DNA of 64,000 nucleotides from Spirochaetia bacterium (GCA_965203055.1 OZ241863.1:1120001-1184000), one strand, 5' to 3'; counted from the stretch's first letter, positions 1 to 11,117 are shown. Numbers and translations: made by a program. The notes: a model not told the origin generated them from the letters alone.

Positions 1-153
1 GAGTTCGATGACCGCGGCAAGAGCATCCTTGGCGTTTTCCAGGGCGTCACTCAGAGTATCCCCCTCGGTTACCAATTCCGGCAGCGCAGGAGAGGTCACG
101 GTATAGCCGCCTTCCGGTTGAGGTGTCATGACCAGCGGTACTTTGTATTCCAT
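1..153 (-). CDS. HicB-family antitoxin (runs off window start)
   Basis: Manual translation from ATG at 153: MEYKVPLVMTPQPEGGYTVTSPALPELVTEGDTLSDALENAKDALAAVIEL, with the typical HicB N-terminal GGY..P.LP...TEG.T..A pattern. Confidence 0.85.
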   Translation of the reverse strand, partial: MEYKVPLVMTPQPEGGYTVTSPALPELVTEGDTLSDALENAKDALAAVIEL

Positions 154-319
154 CAATCGTCTGCCTTCGCAGGGTAGCATAACTCTTGCAGGCTGGCAGG
201 CAGGTTGTCGAGCCACGCTTGATACTCCGCCTGCAGGTCGAGCAGCGTGCGTACTGCCTCCTGCCAGCGTTGCGGACGCGATCTGCTGCTGGCTGGCGCA
301 GGGTGGCGCGCTGGCGGCT

Positions 320-654
320 GTTGAGACTCTCGAACTGCTGCCGCAGCCGCTCCTTGGCTGCCGATGACACCTCCTCCGCTGCCAGCACCCGTTGATACGG
401 CGTCTGCGGCGCATCGTACTGGCGCCGCGTCCGCGCTCCCTGCCTCGTCTTCGCCACCAGCTTCTGCGATCTTGACCAGGCGCCCGCCCCGCCAGATGAA
501 CACGGTGCGCCCCCAGCAGCGCAGCACCCACGCGGCATGATGGCGCGTCCAGCCGTTCAACTGCATCAACTGATCCAGGATGATGCCCTTCGTGCGCCGC
601 GACCCGCGCCAGTTCGCGCGTCACCGACTTGCGCTCTGCCATGGTCAGCCCCAT
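320..654 (-). pseudogene. Internally deleted, frameshifted DDE integrase/transposase remnant
   Basis: GGAGGAG SD, then MGLTMAERKSVTRELA...ILDQLMQLNGWTRHHAAWVLR joined directly to a C-terminal segment KLVAKTRQGARTRRQYDAPQTPYQRVL. The catalytic core is missing. Confidence 0.6.
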
Positions 655-829
655 CTCCTCCGACCTCCTGCCCCGATCTTGGGCCAGGTCGTTCGGGTGG
701 ATTCTTAGATTAGATGAGGCACCACTTACCCCTCGAGTGGATTTGGGTGCGGCAATGCGCCTGGTTGCCGCACCTGCTGAGGGCCGGTCCTTGTGTGCCG
801 CTCGCATGTGGTATGATCGGCACCTGACC

Positions 830-1792
830 ATGCACGATGCTGGCTACAAGCGGTTGTTTGCGCAGCCGCACACGGTTCAGGACCTGTTGCGCGGCTTCGC
901 CGCCCGCGACTGGAGCGAGGCTCTCGACTTCTCGACCCTCACCCCGGTGCCGGCCAGCTTCGTCAGCCACCGCCTGCGCCAGCGCCACGGCGATCTGGTG
1001 TGGCGGGTCCGGTTCCACGATGAATGGCTGTACCTCCTGGTGCTGCTGGAGTTCCAGTCCACCATCGAGCCGGCCATGGCAACGCGGATGCTGACCTACA
1101 CCGGCATGCTGTACGAGAAGCTGATCGACGACGGCGTGCTGCGCGAACATGGCAAGCTGCCGCCGGTGCTGCCCATCGTGATCTACAACGGGCGCCAACC
1201 GTGGACGGCGGCCGAGGACGTGGCGGAGCTGATCGCGTTCGGCGGGGAGGCGCTGGCGCGGTATCAGCCGTCGCTGCGCTACTATCTGCTTGACCAGGGG
1301 CGGCTGGGAGCGGACGATCTGCCGGGTCGCAACTTGGTGTCGGCGCTGATCGCGCTGGAGACCAATCGCGCGGATGAGCGGACGCCGGAGTTGCTGGCAG
1401 CGCTGTTCGAGCGGCTGCGGGAGTTGGAGACCCCAGAGTTGACGCAAGTGTACCGGGAATGGGTGAATCAGGTGCTGGTGCCGCGCAAGATGAAGGGCAC
1501 GGCGTTGGAATCGTTGCCGGGATCGGAGGAGGTAGGGCCGATGTTGCAGGAATTGGTAGCCGGATGGGTCGCGGAAGGCCGCGAACAGGGTATCGAGCAG
1601 GGCCGTAGCGAAGAACGCAGGCGGCTGTGCCGGCAGGCGGCGCTGAAGTTCACGCCGGAAACGGCGCCGCGGTTGTCCGTCCTGTTGGAGGGTCTGACCG
1701 ATCCGGAGAGCCTGTTGCAGGTCGGCGACTGGATCATCGAATGCGAGACTGAGGAGGATCTGTTGGCCCGTGTGCAGGACGCGATCCCATAA
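830..1792 (+). CDS. Rpn/YhgA-like PD-(D/E)XK nuclease (recombination-promoting nuclease)
   Basis: HDAGYKRLF start, GDLVW...LLEFQS motif, LPPVLPIVIYNG, C-terminal EGREQG. Start placed at ATG 830. Confidence 0.9.
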   Translation: MHDAGYKRLFAQPHTVQDLLRGFAARDWSEALDFSTLTPVPASFVSHRLRQRHGDLVWRVRFHDEWLYLLVLLEFQSTIEPAMATRMLTYTGMLYEKLIDDGVLREHGKLPPVLPIVIYNGRQPWTAAEDVAELIAFGGEALARYQPSLRYYLLDQGRLGADDLPGRNLVSALIALETNRADERTPELLAALFERLRELETPELTQVYREWVNQVLVPRKMKGTALESLPGSEEVGPMLQELVAGWVAEGREQGIEQGRSEERRRLCRQAALKFTPETAPRLSVLLEGLTDPESLLQVGDWIIECETEEDLLARVQDAIP

Positions 1793-1807
1793 CCCGGATC
1801 GCCGGCG

Positions 1808-2095
1808 GTGACGGTGAACGTCATCCGGCCAAGACGCAGATCTCGCCTCGTTTCGTTGTTATCGTTCGTAACGGCGATCCGGTGGCGCGTCTTGTCGGCC
1901 TCGAGGGCACGCAGGGCACGCGCCGGTTCGGCGCGTTGCGGGATCGGATCGTCGTCGATGACCGCTTCTTCGAACCGCTCCCGGAGAGCGATCTGGCCGA
2001 TGGACGCCGTGATCCATGCGGGTTCTGCTCAATACCATGCCTGCTGTGGTGCCTTGCCGGTAGTGCACCGACTTCGCGTGCAGATCACGACATGA
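1808..2095 (+). pseudogene. Decayed Phd/YefM antitoxin plus N-terminal VapC (PIN) toxin remnant
   Basis: Across frameshifts: VTVNV..AKTQIS..., IVRNGDPVARLVGL...RRFGALRDRIVVDDRFFEPLPE (antitoxin), then MRVLLNT..LLWCLAGS (VapC-type MRVLLDTHALLW start). Confidence 0.65.
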
Positions 2096-2110
2096 TCGGC
2101 AACCGCGGCG

Positions 2111-5100
2111 ATGTCCGACCCCAATAGGAAACGACGTACGTTGAAGCAGTCAACGATAAAGAGACTATACGCCCCTAGTGGGAACCAGTGTGCACACCCA
2201 GGATGTCAGAACCTGTTAATTGCACCAGAAACCGAGCAATCAGATGCTGCTGTTGTCAATAATATCTGCCACATATATGCAAGAAGCGATAGTGGCCCTA
2301 GGAATAACCCGGGCCTTACTGAAGAGCAACGAGATTCCGACGATAACCTGATACTACTTTGCGCGCATCACCACGGGATAGTGGACAAGCAACCGGAGAC
2401 CTACACCGCCGAGACACTCAAGCAATGGAAGCGAGAGCATGAGGCGAAAGTAAAGGACAGAATGTATTCCAATCGCATCCCGGTAGAATTCTTCACAAAG
2501 ATCATCGAAAAGGACATAAATAGACTCAGAAAGAGACTTTCCTTCGGAGATTCCAAGGACATCGAAACGGCACTATCACTCGCCTACCGGTTGACCGAAG
2601 GAAACTACTCGACTGGTCCGGACAGGGTCAGAGTGATCGGACTTGCATGGTGCGTCAGAGTTTTATCGGCCGGAGACAAGTTTGATGACGCCGAGCGATA
2701 CCTCGGCGCTGCCCGGAAAATCGGTTCCTGCGCAGAAATCAAGATCGCCAGTGCCATGACGTTGGCAGGCAAAAGAAACAAAAGAGGTGCGCTTAGCGAG
2801 TTAGGAGATCTCGATACGCCTACATCTCGATCGGCAGCATTCAAGGTGGTCGCCCGTCACGACGGACTGCAGCGAGCCATCGAGTGGCTCGACGCCTCGA
2901 ATATACCGCATGCAAAGCTCGACCACGATGGCAAATTGCTGCTTCTTAGGAGTCAACTTAAACTAGGTCTTTGGAACCAGGCGTTTGCAAGTCTGGATAT
3001 TGTCGACGATAACGATTTACGGGAAGCGCCGGCTCTGCATTTCTTCATCGGGATGACCAATCTGATGAAAGTTGTCCCGCCGGAGCTTCGCAACGTTGTA
3101 CTTCGATATCCGTCTTCTATCGGAGTGCCGCTTGCATCGGATACAATTGCGATGATCAACCTGCGTACCGCTTATTGTCACTTTGTCCGCGCAAGGGACG
3201 CGGCTAAGGACCTTGACTGTCTCGAAGCGTGCTCGACAGCAGAAGAATATTCGCTATGGACTGGTCTCAGACATCCTGACTTGAAGGCGCGTGCGCGACA
3301 CCGGCTCAAGCAGATACGGTGCGAGGACTCGTCGCGTCTTCGCTTTGTGTCGCTCGGTCTTCAGTTTGGACTCGATTTAGATAAACAGGACGTCGAGCGT
3401 AAGATCGAGCAGCAGATTGCCATCAGGGGAGGGCCTACATACGACACTGCCGTGGCGAGGTTTGCGATTGCGACGGCCCAAACGACACCGGGCGCGATAC
3501 TGGATTACCTCTCCAGGTACGGACGCGAACTGACTGATTTCATTGATAATCAGGCACTACGAAAGATCGAGATCGAGATGCTTGCGCGTGCCGGCCGTCC
3601 TCACGAGGCGAAGGAGCGCATGCGCGAGTTGTCGATCGACGGTACTTTGGATGCTGACGTCGATCGGCTCCAGGCGTGTATCGAAGAGTCGAAGGGAGCA
3701 GATCCAGTCGACATACGAAGACATCAGTTCGAACAGACGGATGATCTTATAGACTTAATACAGCTTGTAGACGGTCTCGAGTCAGCCAAGCGGTGGTCTG
3801 ATGTATGTCGCTATGGAAAAATACTTTTCGATAGGACAAAATCGATCGATCACGCGGAACGGCTGGCGCATGGTTTCCACATGACGGCAAGTGACGACCA
3901 CTTGTCTACATTTCTGACGGATAATTTTGAACTGGTCGAGAAGTCGTCGCGACTAAAATTTCTCCGCTGCGTAGCGCTATATTATGAGGGCCGATTTGTT
4001 GAGTCTCTCCAAGATCTGAAGAAGCTTCGTGATGAGTCGGGAGACTCGATTCAAGAGAAATCCTATCGTACACTTCAGATAGAAATCCTGGTCGCCTTAG
4101 GTGATTGGAAAGCTGTTACCGCAATCGTGACGGAGGAATACGGCAGACGAGACGAGCGGAGTGCGGAAGAACTGATGAAGTTGGCCGAGATAGCGTGCGG
4201 TCTATCATTTCCGTACGGTAAGGATATCGTGTTTGCAGCCGTAGAGAAGGGCAGGAGCGATCCGGCTATTCTGATGAGAGGGTTTAATCTGGCGTCGACA
4301 CATGGCTGGGATAATCATGAGGAAGTAGGGAAGTGGTTGCGGGATGCCGCGTCCTTGTCAGATACTGATGGACCGGTTTGGAAGATCTCCCTAAAGGAGG
4401 TCAAGGATCTGAGCAAGTCTTGGAATGGTCGTGTTACAGACGTATCGCGACGATTGTGGTCCGGAGAGGTTCCTATGTTCGTAGCGGCGCAGCTCATGAA
4501 TGCGTCTCTCTGCGGATTGGTCCTCGGGCAAGCGTATGGTAACTATGAAGAACGTGACCCTAGACGGAGATCGACGATCCCTGCCTATAGTGAGAATCGA
4601 CAGCGATCGACCACGACTGGAATCGATGGGACCTCGACAATCGCGGTGGATGGGACTGCGTTATTCACAATGAGCCTGTTGAACATCTTAGACAAATTTA
4701 TCGACTCATTCTCCATGGTCTATATTGCGCATAATACGTTGCCTTGGCTACTACATGAAAAACAGACGTCCATGTTCCATCAACGGCGACTGGTAGAAGA
4801 AGCGCGCGAATTACATCAGTTGCTTGCTACAAACGTATTAGAGATAATGTCGCCGAGTGTGGCGCCGAGTAGCGATCTGCGCGAACAGGTTGGTGGAGAT
4901 CTGGCTCAGATGATAGCGGAGGCAATGAAGTCAAGGAGCGGTGACGAGCCGCGGCCCCTTGTTGTCCGGTCGGCGCCCGTGTATCGACTGTCGTCCCTGA
5001 TGGAAGAAGAAGTCGATTTGATCGAATACTCCGATGTGTTAGTTTCGTGCAGTACGATCGTGAAGGCGCTCCGAACGAGGGGAGTGATCACGGTTACGGA

Positions 5101-6185
5101 GGAGAGACTGGCAAGCGAATATCTAGATCTTCATGAGCGATCGTGGCCAGATGAGCCGGAGCTAGCGGATAGAGCAACATTGTATTTGGATGATCTGTCG
5201 ATTACCTACTTCTTGCATATCGGTATCTTGGATAAAATCTACAGCGCGGGTTATCGAGTATTAGTTTCCCAAAGACGCGTATCGGATGCCAATCGTCTGA
5301 TTTCGTATCAGAGCGTTTTAGCGAAGGTGGACTGTGCAATTGAACAAGTCAGAGATGCGCTTCACAGGGGATTAATCGCAGGCAAGGTTTCGGTTGGAAA
5401 GAGGTTCGTCAACCGTGATATGGCGGACGAATCAATCGCGAGACACTCTACGATAGGTGTCGTTGGATTAGCAGATGTCTGTAATGCGATGGTGATCGAT
5501 GACAGGTTCATGAATAGACACCAGAATGTAGCCAATACCGAAGTTCTTACTACGCTTGATGTAATCGACATACTGGTTGGTCAGGGCGCTATGTCGGAGG
5601 ACGATCGGTTGGATTACCGTGCTTCTCTCCGTAGATATGGGTACGTCTCTATCTCTCTCGAACCCGACGAACTAAGGCAGCACATTGCGATGTCCACGGT
5701 AAAGGGTGGTGCGGTCTTAGAGACGGCTGAATTGAGGGCCATTCGAGAGAACATTCTAGCTCTTAGAATGGGACGTTGGATTCATAATCACGACGGATTC
5801 CTTTGGATCAACTCGTTCTTCAAGGTACTCAAGGATACCTTGAAGGATCTCTGGAGTGGTAGCGATGAACTTTCCAATGTCCGAGCTTGGTCGGATTGGA
5901 TCATGAGCCAGGTCGATATTCGTGGATGGATACACACTTTCGACAAGGTAAAGGATGGTGGCGTTATCGCGCGAATGTACATGATGACAGTCGCCGATTT
6001 GGTGCTTTCTCCGATGACGATTCCTGTGGAGAGACGGGATGAATTCCATCGTTTGGTTGGAGGAGCGAATACTGATTCCTATCAGGGACCATGATCGTGA
6101 AGTATTTTCGCAGATGGTCGGATATTGTCGAGAGTTGATTTCGAAAGCCGCTAATACCAACCTTAAGGAGTTTCAGAAGAAGTGA
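2111..6185 (+). CDS. Large putative defence protein: N-terminal HNH nuclease, long helical/TPR-like region, two C-terminal PIN-like domains. The ORF stops at 6094; a +1 frameshift near 6053 extends it to 6185
   Basis: SGNQCAHPGC...ICHIYARSDSGPR...NLILLCAHHHGIVD (Cap5-type HNH). PIN-like strands IAVDGTALFTM, LYLDDLSITYF, AMVIDDRFMN. GC is visibly lower than the flanks. Confidence 0.7.
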
Positions 6186-8113
6186 GCAGTAGTCGCTACT
6201 GGAGGCGTTCGGTCGTACATTTCACATTACAAAATATAACACCGCTGGTGCGCGACGAGCTACTGGAGGATGCGAATTTTCGGAACGAATACGACATCAG
6301 GCCAGATCCTATTCTGCAGTTCGGCCGCGATCTTTTCGTCCAGGGATCGGATCTGTGTGATGCGATCCGCAGGGTCCTGTCGGGTTCCTCGACGGCAGAA
6401 ATTATTGATCAGAAGAATCGGACGTGCAGGGTCGAGCGGGTGGACGATACTTCGGGGGTTCCTAGAATTGTACTTTCTTTTAACGGTAGTTATACCGATG
6501 TGAGTGATCACTTCGTACTGTCGCCGGATGAGCGTACACGGTTGGGCTACTTTGACCGCTTGTTGCGTACCTCGAATCTGTCACGTGATCCGATATCGTC
6601 ATGGCGGACCGTAATATCAGATCGAGCACTTGAAGATCACGAGGTGTATGAGTTGATGGGTGATATTGCCAATACGCCAGTTCGAAGAATGCGAATTATC
6701 CAAAGCATGGTAGCTCGCGATGAGAGCATCCGGGTTGACTCCTTGGTACCTCGGTCACGTCGATATTTCGAGAGACTGGTGGGGGCGTATGATGGAAGCG
6801 ATAGTATACAGGATTACGCTTGTGGCGCTGGTCGACGGCATATTCAGGCACTACTGGAATGGGAGCCTTGTAACGGATTCTTTTATAGTCTTCTTTTGTC
6901 GGCACACTCATCGTTGGTCAATCAGATAGACGTCGAGAGAATTGACCCTGACGATCTTATGCGATCGTTTCGTTTTTTGGAAAAAAAGGGTGACGTGCTG
7001 TCGCGAATGGGGGCGATCGAGGTCGGGTTTCGGCTAATAGGAGTCATGCCGGACTTGGAACCGGTTCTCGTTCGTCTCATTGAGCGCATGCGGGATGATG
7101 ATGGCCATGGACCGAAGAGTGGAGTACGGTTCATGTCGTCACTGTTTCAACTCGTCGACGGTGAGATTTCTAGGGTACGTCTGTTTTCCGACCGCCCGGC
7201 ATTCTATCGTAGATTGGCGGCCATGGCGCACGCGGCGCTGTTGTATCGCATATTCGGAGACTCTTACGAGGGGATGGCGGAGGTCGGCAATCGGATAGTG
7301 CGAAGTTACGGGAGCCGATTTATGGTTCAAACGCTGATCGACACACGTACGGAACCACGGTGGGGCTTCGACCTGGCAGAGCCGATATTTCTTCGGTCGG
7401 AATTTATGAAACGTATAGTGGCGGGAGCGCAGCCTGTTTTTAGCGACATCAGGGATCGTCATTTGCGGTCGCTTTTTGCGGTGAATGAAGCCGACGGGTC
7501 TTGCCGAGGGCTGAATTGGACGCCTTTCCTTCAACCTGGTCCGCTTGAGGGTGCGGGCGAAGTCGAAGGTAGGGTTCCATCTGAAATCACCGAACTGGTC
7601 GATGAGTGGCTTGCTGTTGACCCGATTGATCCGGCTGCGTGTGCAGGTTTGGGCTATCTTGTACGTATTGTAGACGTTGCGGATCAAGCGGAATCACTTA
7701 GGAGCCGTGTGGAGGAAGACGGGTTCCGGTTTTCGGAATCGGAGGATAAAGAGTCTTTGGTGCACGCAATGCATGGCCTGGCGACGGTGGCGGCGGTAAC
7801 GAGGAGTGTGGCACTTGGAGACCGGATAGCGGTACTCGTCGGCAAATATCGACGCGATGCTCGATGCCGACTATCGGTCGCCGAGGCGGTGACGATTGTT
7901 CTTGCGGCGGCGGCGAGTCGCGGCGATTCGAAGGAATGGATGGATTATGTGGGGAGTGCGCTGACAGGTCTGGCGTTTGGTGAGTTAGCGGATGACGAGG
8001 GACATCAGCTTCAAGGCTGGTTGAGAGAGATCTGCGATATAGTTCCCGAATTATGGGGATTCTGTGGACAGGCTGACGCCGCGTTGGCGGCATACAACGG
8101 AAGACTTGCCTGA
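6182..8113 (+). CDS. Hypothetical 643-aa protein, partner of the upstream HNH/PIN protein
   Basis: Long ORF in the same low-GC block. Its GTG overlaps the TGA of the frame-corrected upstream gene (GTGA at 6182-6185). No motif recognised. Confidence 0.75.
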   Translation: MSSSRYWRRSVVHFTLQNITPLVRDELLEDANFRNEYDIRPDPILQFGRDLFVQGSDLCDAIRRVLSGSSTAEIIDQKNRTCRVERVDDTSGVPRIVLSFNGSYTDVSDHFVLSPDERTRLGYFDRLLRTSNLSRDPISSWRTVISDRALEDHEVYELMGDIANTPVRRMRIIQSMVARDESIRVDSLVPRSRRYFERLVGAYDGSDSIQDYACGAGRRHIQALLEWEPCNGFFYSLLLSAHSSLVNQIDVERIDPDDLMRSFRFLEKKGDVLSRMGAIEVGFRLIGVMPDLEPVLVRLIERMRDDDGHGPKSGVRFMSSLFQLVDGEISRVRLFSDRPAFYRRLAAMAHAALLYRIFGDSYEGMAEVGNRIVRSYGSRFMVQTLIDTRTEPRWGFDLAEPIFLRSEFMKRIVAGAQPVFSDIRDRHLRSLFAVNEADGSCRGLNWTPFLQPGPLEGAGEVEGRVPSEITELVDEWLAVDPIDPAACAGLGYLVRIVDVADQAESLRSRVEEDGFRFSESEDKESLVHAMHGLATVAAVTRSVALGDRIAVLVGKYRRDARCRLSVAEAVTIVLAAAASRGDSKEWMDYVGSALTGLAFGELADDEGHQLQGWLREICDIVPELWGFCGQADAALAAYNGRLA

Positions 8114-8169
8114 ATTCGGAATCGATTGGTGATATTTGAGCAGCATGGACAGCATGATTGGTGGCGGGC

Positions 8170-11115
8170 ATGAGTGGCGCCGCCAGCAAACGCGATGCTG
8201 ACACCCGGCTGATCGAGCGGTGGCTGCCGATAGCGGCGCTTGGGATCGAGAGTATCCGCGAGCGGACGCCGATGACGCCGTTCCCGGCGCCGAACCGGTT
8301 GCACGTGTGGTGGGCGCGGCGGCCGTTGGTGGCGTCGCGGGCGGCGGTGCTGGCGTCGCTGCTGCCGGCGGACGCCGACCGGAAGCGGTTCCTGCGCGTG
8401 CTCGGCATCCACGGCGACCCGGTGGCGGCTCGAAGACTCATCGATAAAGCGCAACGGTCCGGCGTCAGAGTAAGCAACCCATATGACTATAGCCGCGCCT
8501 TCAGCTACGTCCTTGATGACCGTGATTTTCGTTGGTTGAAGTCTGAGATAGCGGACGTTTCGGTGCTCGACCCTACCGCCGGTGGAGGAAGTATACCGTT
8601 CGAGGTAGGTCGATTGGGTCTTGCTTGCTTGGGGAATGATCTCAATCCCGTTGCCGCCCTGATCTTGAAGGCGACGGTGGAATGGGTCGGCCAATTTCAC
8701 CAGGAGATAGAGACGGTATTCACCAGCTTGGCGGCAGAGTGGCGGGGACGAATGGAGGACCGTCTCACAGGGGTATTCCCTCAGATCGACCTTCCGGACC
8801 GGGTGGACATGACGTACCTCTGGGCGCGGACGGTGAGTTGTCCGTACTGCGGGGGGCGGGTGCCGCTGGCGCCGAACTGGCGGTTGGCGCCGGACGGGAC
8901 AGGGGTGCGGCTGGAACCGCTGGCCGCCGGTGGACCGGGAGCGCCGGGGCGGGTGTGCCGGTTCCATGTGGTGCATTCGGCGCGGGAGCAGGCGGCGGGG
9001 ACGGTGGCGCGCGGGGCGGGCAGCTGCCCGTGGCCGGATTGCGGGCGGGTGATCGCCGGCGAGGAGATCAAGGCGCAGGCGCGGGCCGGCGCGATGGGCG
9101 AGCAACTGTTCGCGGTGGTCTACAAGGAACGGGTGAACACGTATACGAAGACGGGCCGCCGGCGCGAGAAGTGGGTGCGCCGCTACCGCGCGCTGCGTCC
9201 AGAAGACGACAACGCCGCCGAGATAGCGGCGCGGCTGGCGGAGAAGCTGCCGGAGTGGGAGGCGTTCGACCTGGTGCCGGGGGAGCGGATCCCCGACGGT
9301 ACCAAGACTACCGAGCCGCTCCGCTACGGGATGCCGCGCTGGCGGGACCTGTTCTCACCGCGCCAACTGCTGTGCCACGGCACCGGCGTAGAGGTGTACC
9401 GCGAACTGCTGGAAGCCGACCGCGCCGCCGGCGCGCTGACGCCGCTGCGCCAAGCCGCCTACGGCTACCTGGCCCTCTCGCTCGACAAGACCCGTGACTA
9501 CAACTCCCGCATGACTCGCTGGCACGTAGGGCGCGAAGTAATGGTCAATACCTTCGACCGGCATGACTTCTCCTTCAAGTGGTCCTACGCCGAGATGGCG
9601 CCGCTGATCACCGGCCTGGGCTACGACTGGGCCATCCGCCAAACCGCCAAGTGCATCCAGGAACTGGTCGCCCTGGTGCGCCCCGGCGCCGGCGGCGGCT
9701 CCGGTGATCTGTTCCCTGAGTCGGGCGCGCGGCCCGCCGTCACCATCACCTGCAAGCCGGGCGACAACCTCGACCATATCCCCGCCGGCAGCGTCGACGC
9801 GGTGGTCATGGACCCGCCCTACTACGACAACGTGATGTACGCCGAGCTGTCCGACTTCTTCTACGTCTGGCTGAAGCGCACCGCCGGCCACGTCTTTCCC
9901 GCCCTGTTCCGCCGCCGCCTCACCGACAAGGAGAACGAGGCGGTCGCCAACCCGGCCCGGTTCCGCGGCCAGCCGGGCGCCGCGGCGCTCGCCGGGCGCG
10001 ACTACCAGGAGCGGATGGCGAGCATCTTCGCCGAAATGCGCCGCGTGCTGAGAGCCGACGGGGTGATGACGCTGATGTTCACCCACAAGGCGGCCGGCGC
10101 CTGGGACGCGCTGACTACCGGGCTGATGCAGGCCGGCTTCGCGATCACCGCGTCATGGCCGATCAACACCGAGGCGGAGGGCAGCCTGCACGTGCGCAAC
10201 AAGGCGGCCGCCAACAGCACCATCTTCCTGGCCTGCCGCCCGCGCACCGCCGCGCGCGGAGCGGACGACACCCCGTACTACTGGGAAGACATCGAACCGC
10301 GGGTAGCCGGCGCGGTGCGCGCGCGGGTAGCGGAGTATCAGGCGGCCGGCATCCGCGGGGTCGATCTCTACCTAGCCTGCTTCGGCCCTGCCCTGGAAGA
10401 GTTCTCGCGCCACTGGCCGCTGGCGCGCGGCACGCCGCGCCCGGCGCCGCAGGAACGGCCCCGCCGCCGGCGGCAGCCGGAGTTGGAGTTGGAGGCGGAG
10501 CGGGACCCCTACGCGGTGAGCCCGGAAGACGTGCTGGACACCGCCCGGCGGGAGGTGAAGCGCTGGCGGCAGGAGCAACTGACGCGGCGGCGGGAGGACC
10601 TGGACCCTGCCACCGCCTTCTTCGTGCTGGCGTGGGACGCCTTCGAGGCGCCGGTGTTCGCCTACGACGAGGCGCTGCGCTTGGCGCGCGCGGTGGGCGT
10701 CGACCTGGAGCGGGAGGTGGTGGGCCGCTTGGCGGAGAAGCGCGGCAGCGACCTGCGGCTGTGGGACTCGACGCGGCGCGCGGCCGGCGGAGCGCTGGGG
10801 CCGCCCGACGGCGCGCGCGGTATGATCGACGCCGTGCACCACGCCGCCAACCTGGCGCGCACCCGCTCGCTCGACGATGCCCGCAAGCTGCTCGACGAGA
10901 AGCTGGGCGCGCGGGAGGGGGCGTTCCTGACCGCGCTGGAAGCGGTGCTGGAAGTGCTGCCGGTCAGCAAGAGGTGGACCGGCATCGACCTGCCGGGCGA
11001 GGCGGCGGCCGCCGGCAGCGACTTCGAGGCGCTCTACCACTTGGCGCGCCTGGCCTACGGCGACCGGATCGACGAGCCGAAGCAGCTCCGGCTGTGGCAG
11101 GATGAAGCTGCCTGA
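8170..11115 (+). CDS. DUF1156-type adenine-specific DNA methyltransferase with Zn ribbon
   Basis: LHVWWARRPL, SAM motif DPTAGGGSIPFE, CPYC...CPWPDC, catalytic MDPPYYDN. Confidence 0.9.
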   Translation: MSGAASKRDADTRLIERWLPIAALGIESIRERTPMTPFPAPNRLHVWWARRPLVASRAAVLASLLPADADRKRFLRVLGIHGDPVAARRLIDKAQRSGVRVSNPYDYSRAFSYVLDDRDFRWLKSEIADVSVLDPTAGGGSIPFEVGRLGLACLGNDLNPVAALILKATVEWVGQFHQEIETVFTSLAAEWRGRMEDRLTGVFPQIDLPDRVDMTYLWARTVSCPYCGGRVPLAPNWRLAPDGTGVRLEPLAAGGPGAPGRVCRFHVVHSAREQAAGTVARGAGSCPWPDCGRVIAGEEIKAQARAGAMGEQLFAVVYKERVNTYTKTGRRREKWVRRYRALRPEDDNAAEIAARLAEKLPEWEAFDLVPGERIPDGTKTTEPLRYGMPRWRDLFSPRQLLCHGTGVEVYRELLEADRAAGALTPLRQAAYGYLALSLDKTRDYNSRMTRWHVGREVMVNTFDRHDFSFKWSYAEMAPLITGLGYDWAIRQTAKCIQELVALVRPGAGGGSGDLFPESGARPAVTITCKPGDNLDHIPAGSVDAVVMDPPYYDNVMYAELSDFFYVWLKRTAGHVFPALFRRRLTDKENEAVANPARFRGQPGAAALAGRDYQERMASIFAEMRRVLRADGVMTLMFTHKAAGAWDALTTGLMQAGFAITASWPINTEAEGSLHVRNKAAANSTIFLACRPRTAARGADDTPYYWEDIEPRVAGAVRARVAEYQAAGIRGVDLYLACFGPALEEFSRHWPLARGTPRPAPQERPRRRRQPELELEAERDPYAVSPEDVLDTARREVKRWRQEQLTRRREDLDPATAFFVLAWDAFEAPVFAYDEALRLARAVGVDLEREVVGRLAEKRGSDLRLWDSTRRAAGGALGPPDGARGMIDAVHHAANLARTRSLDDARKLLDEKLGAREGAFLTALEAVLEVLPVSKRWTGIDLPGEAAAAGSDFEALYHLARLAYGDRIDEPKQLRLWQDEAA

Positions 11116-11117
11116 CC

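Noticed and set aside
2111..6094. Avs/STAND NTPase call for the large HNH protein
   Set aside because: No Walker A/B motif seen after the HNH domain.
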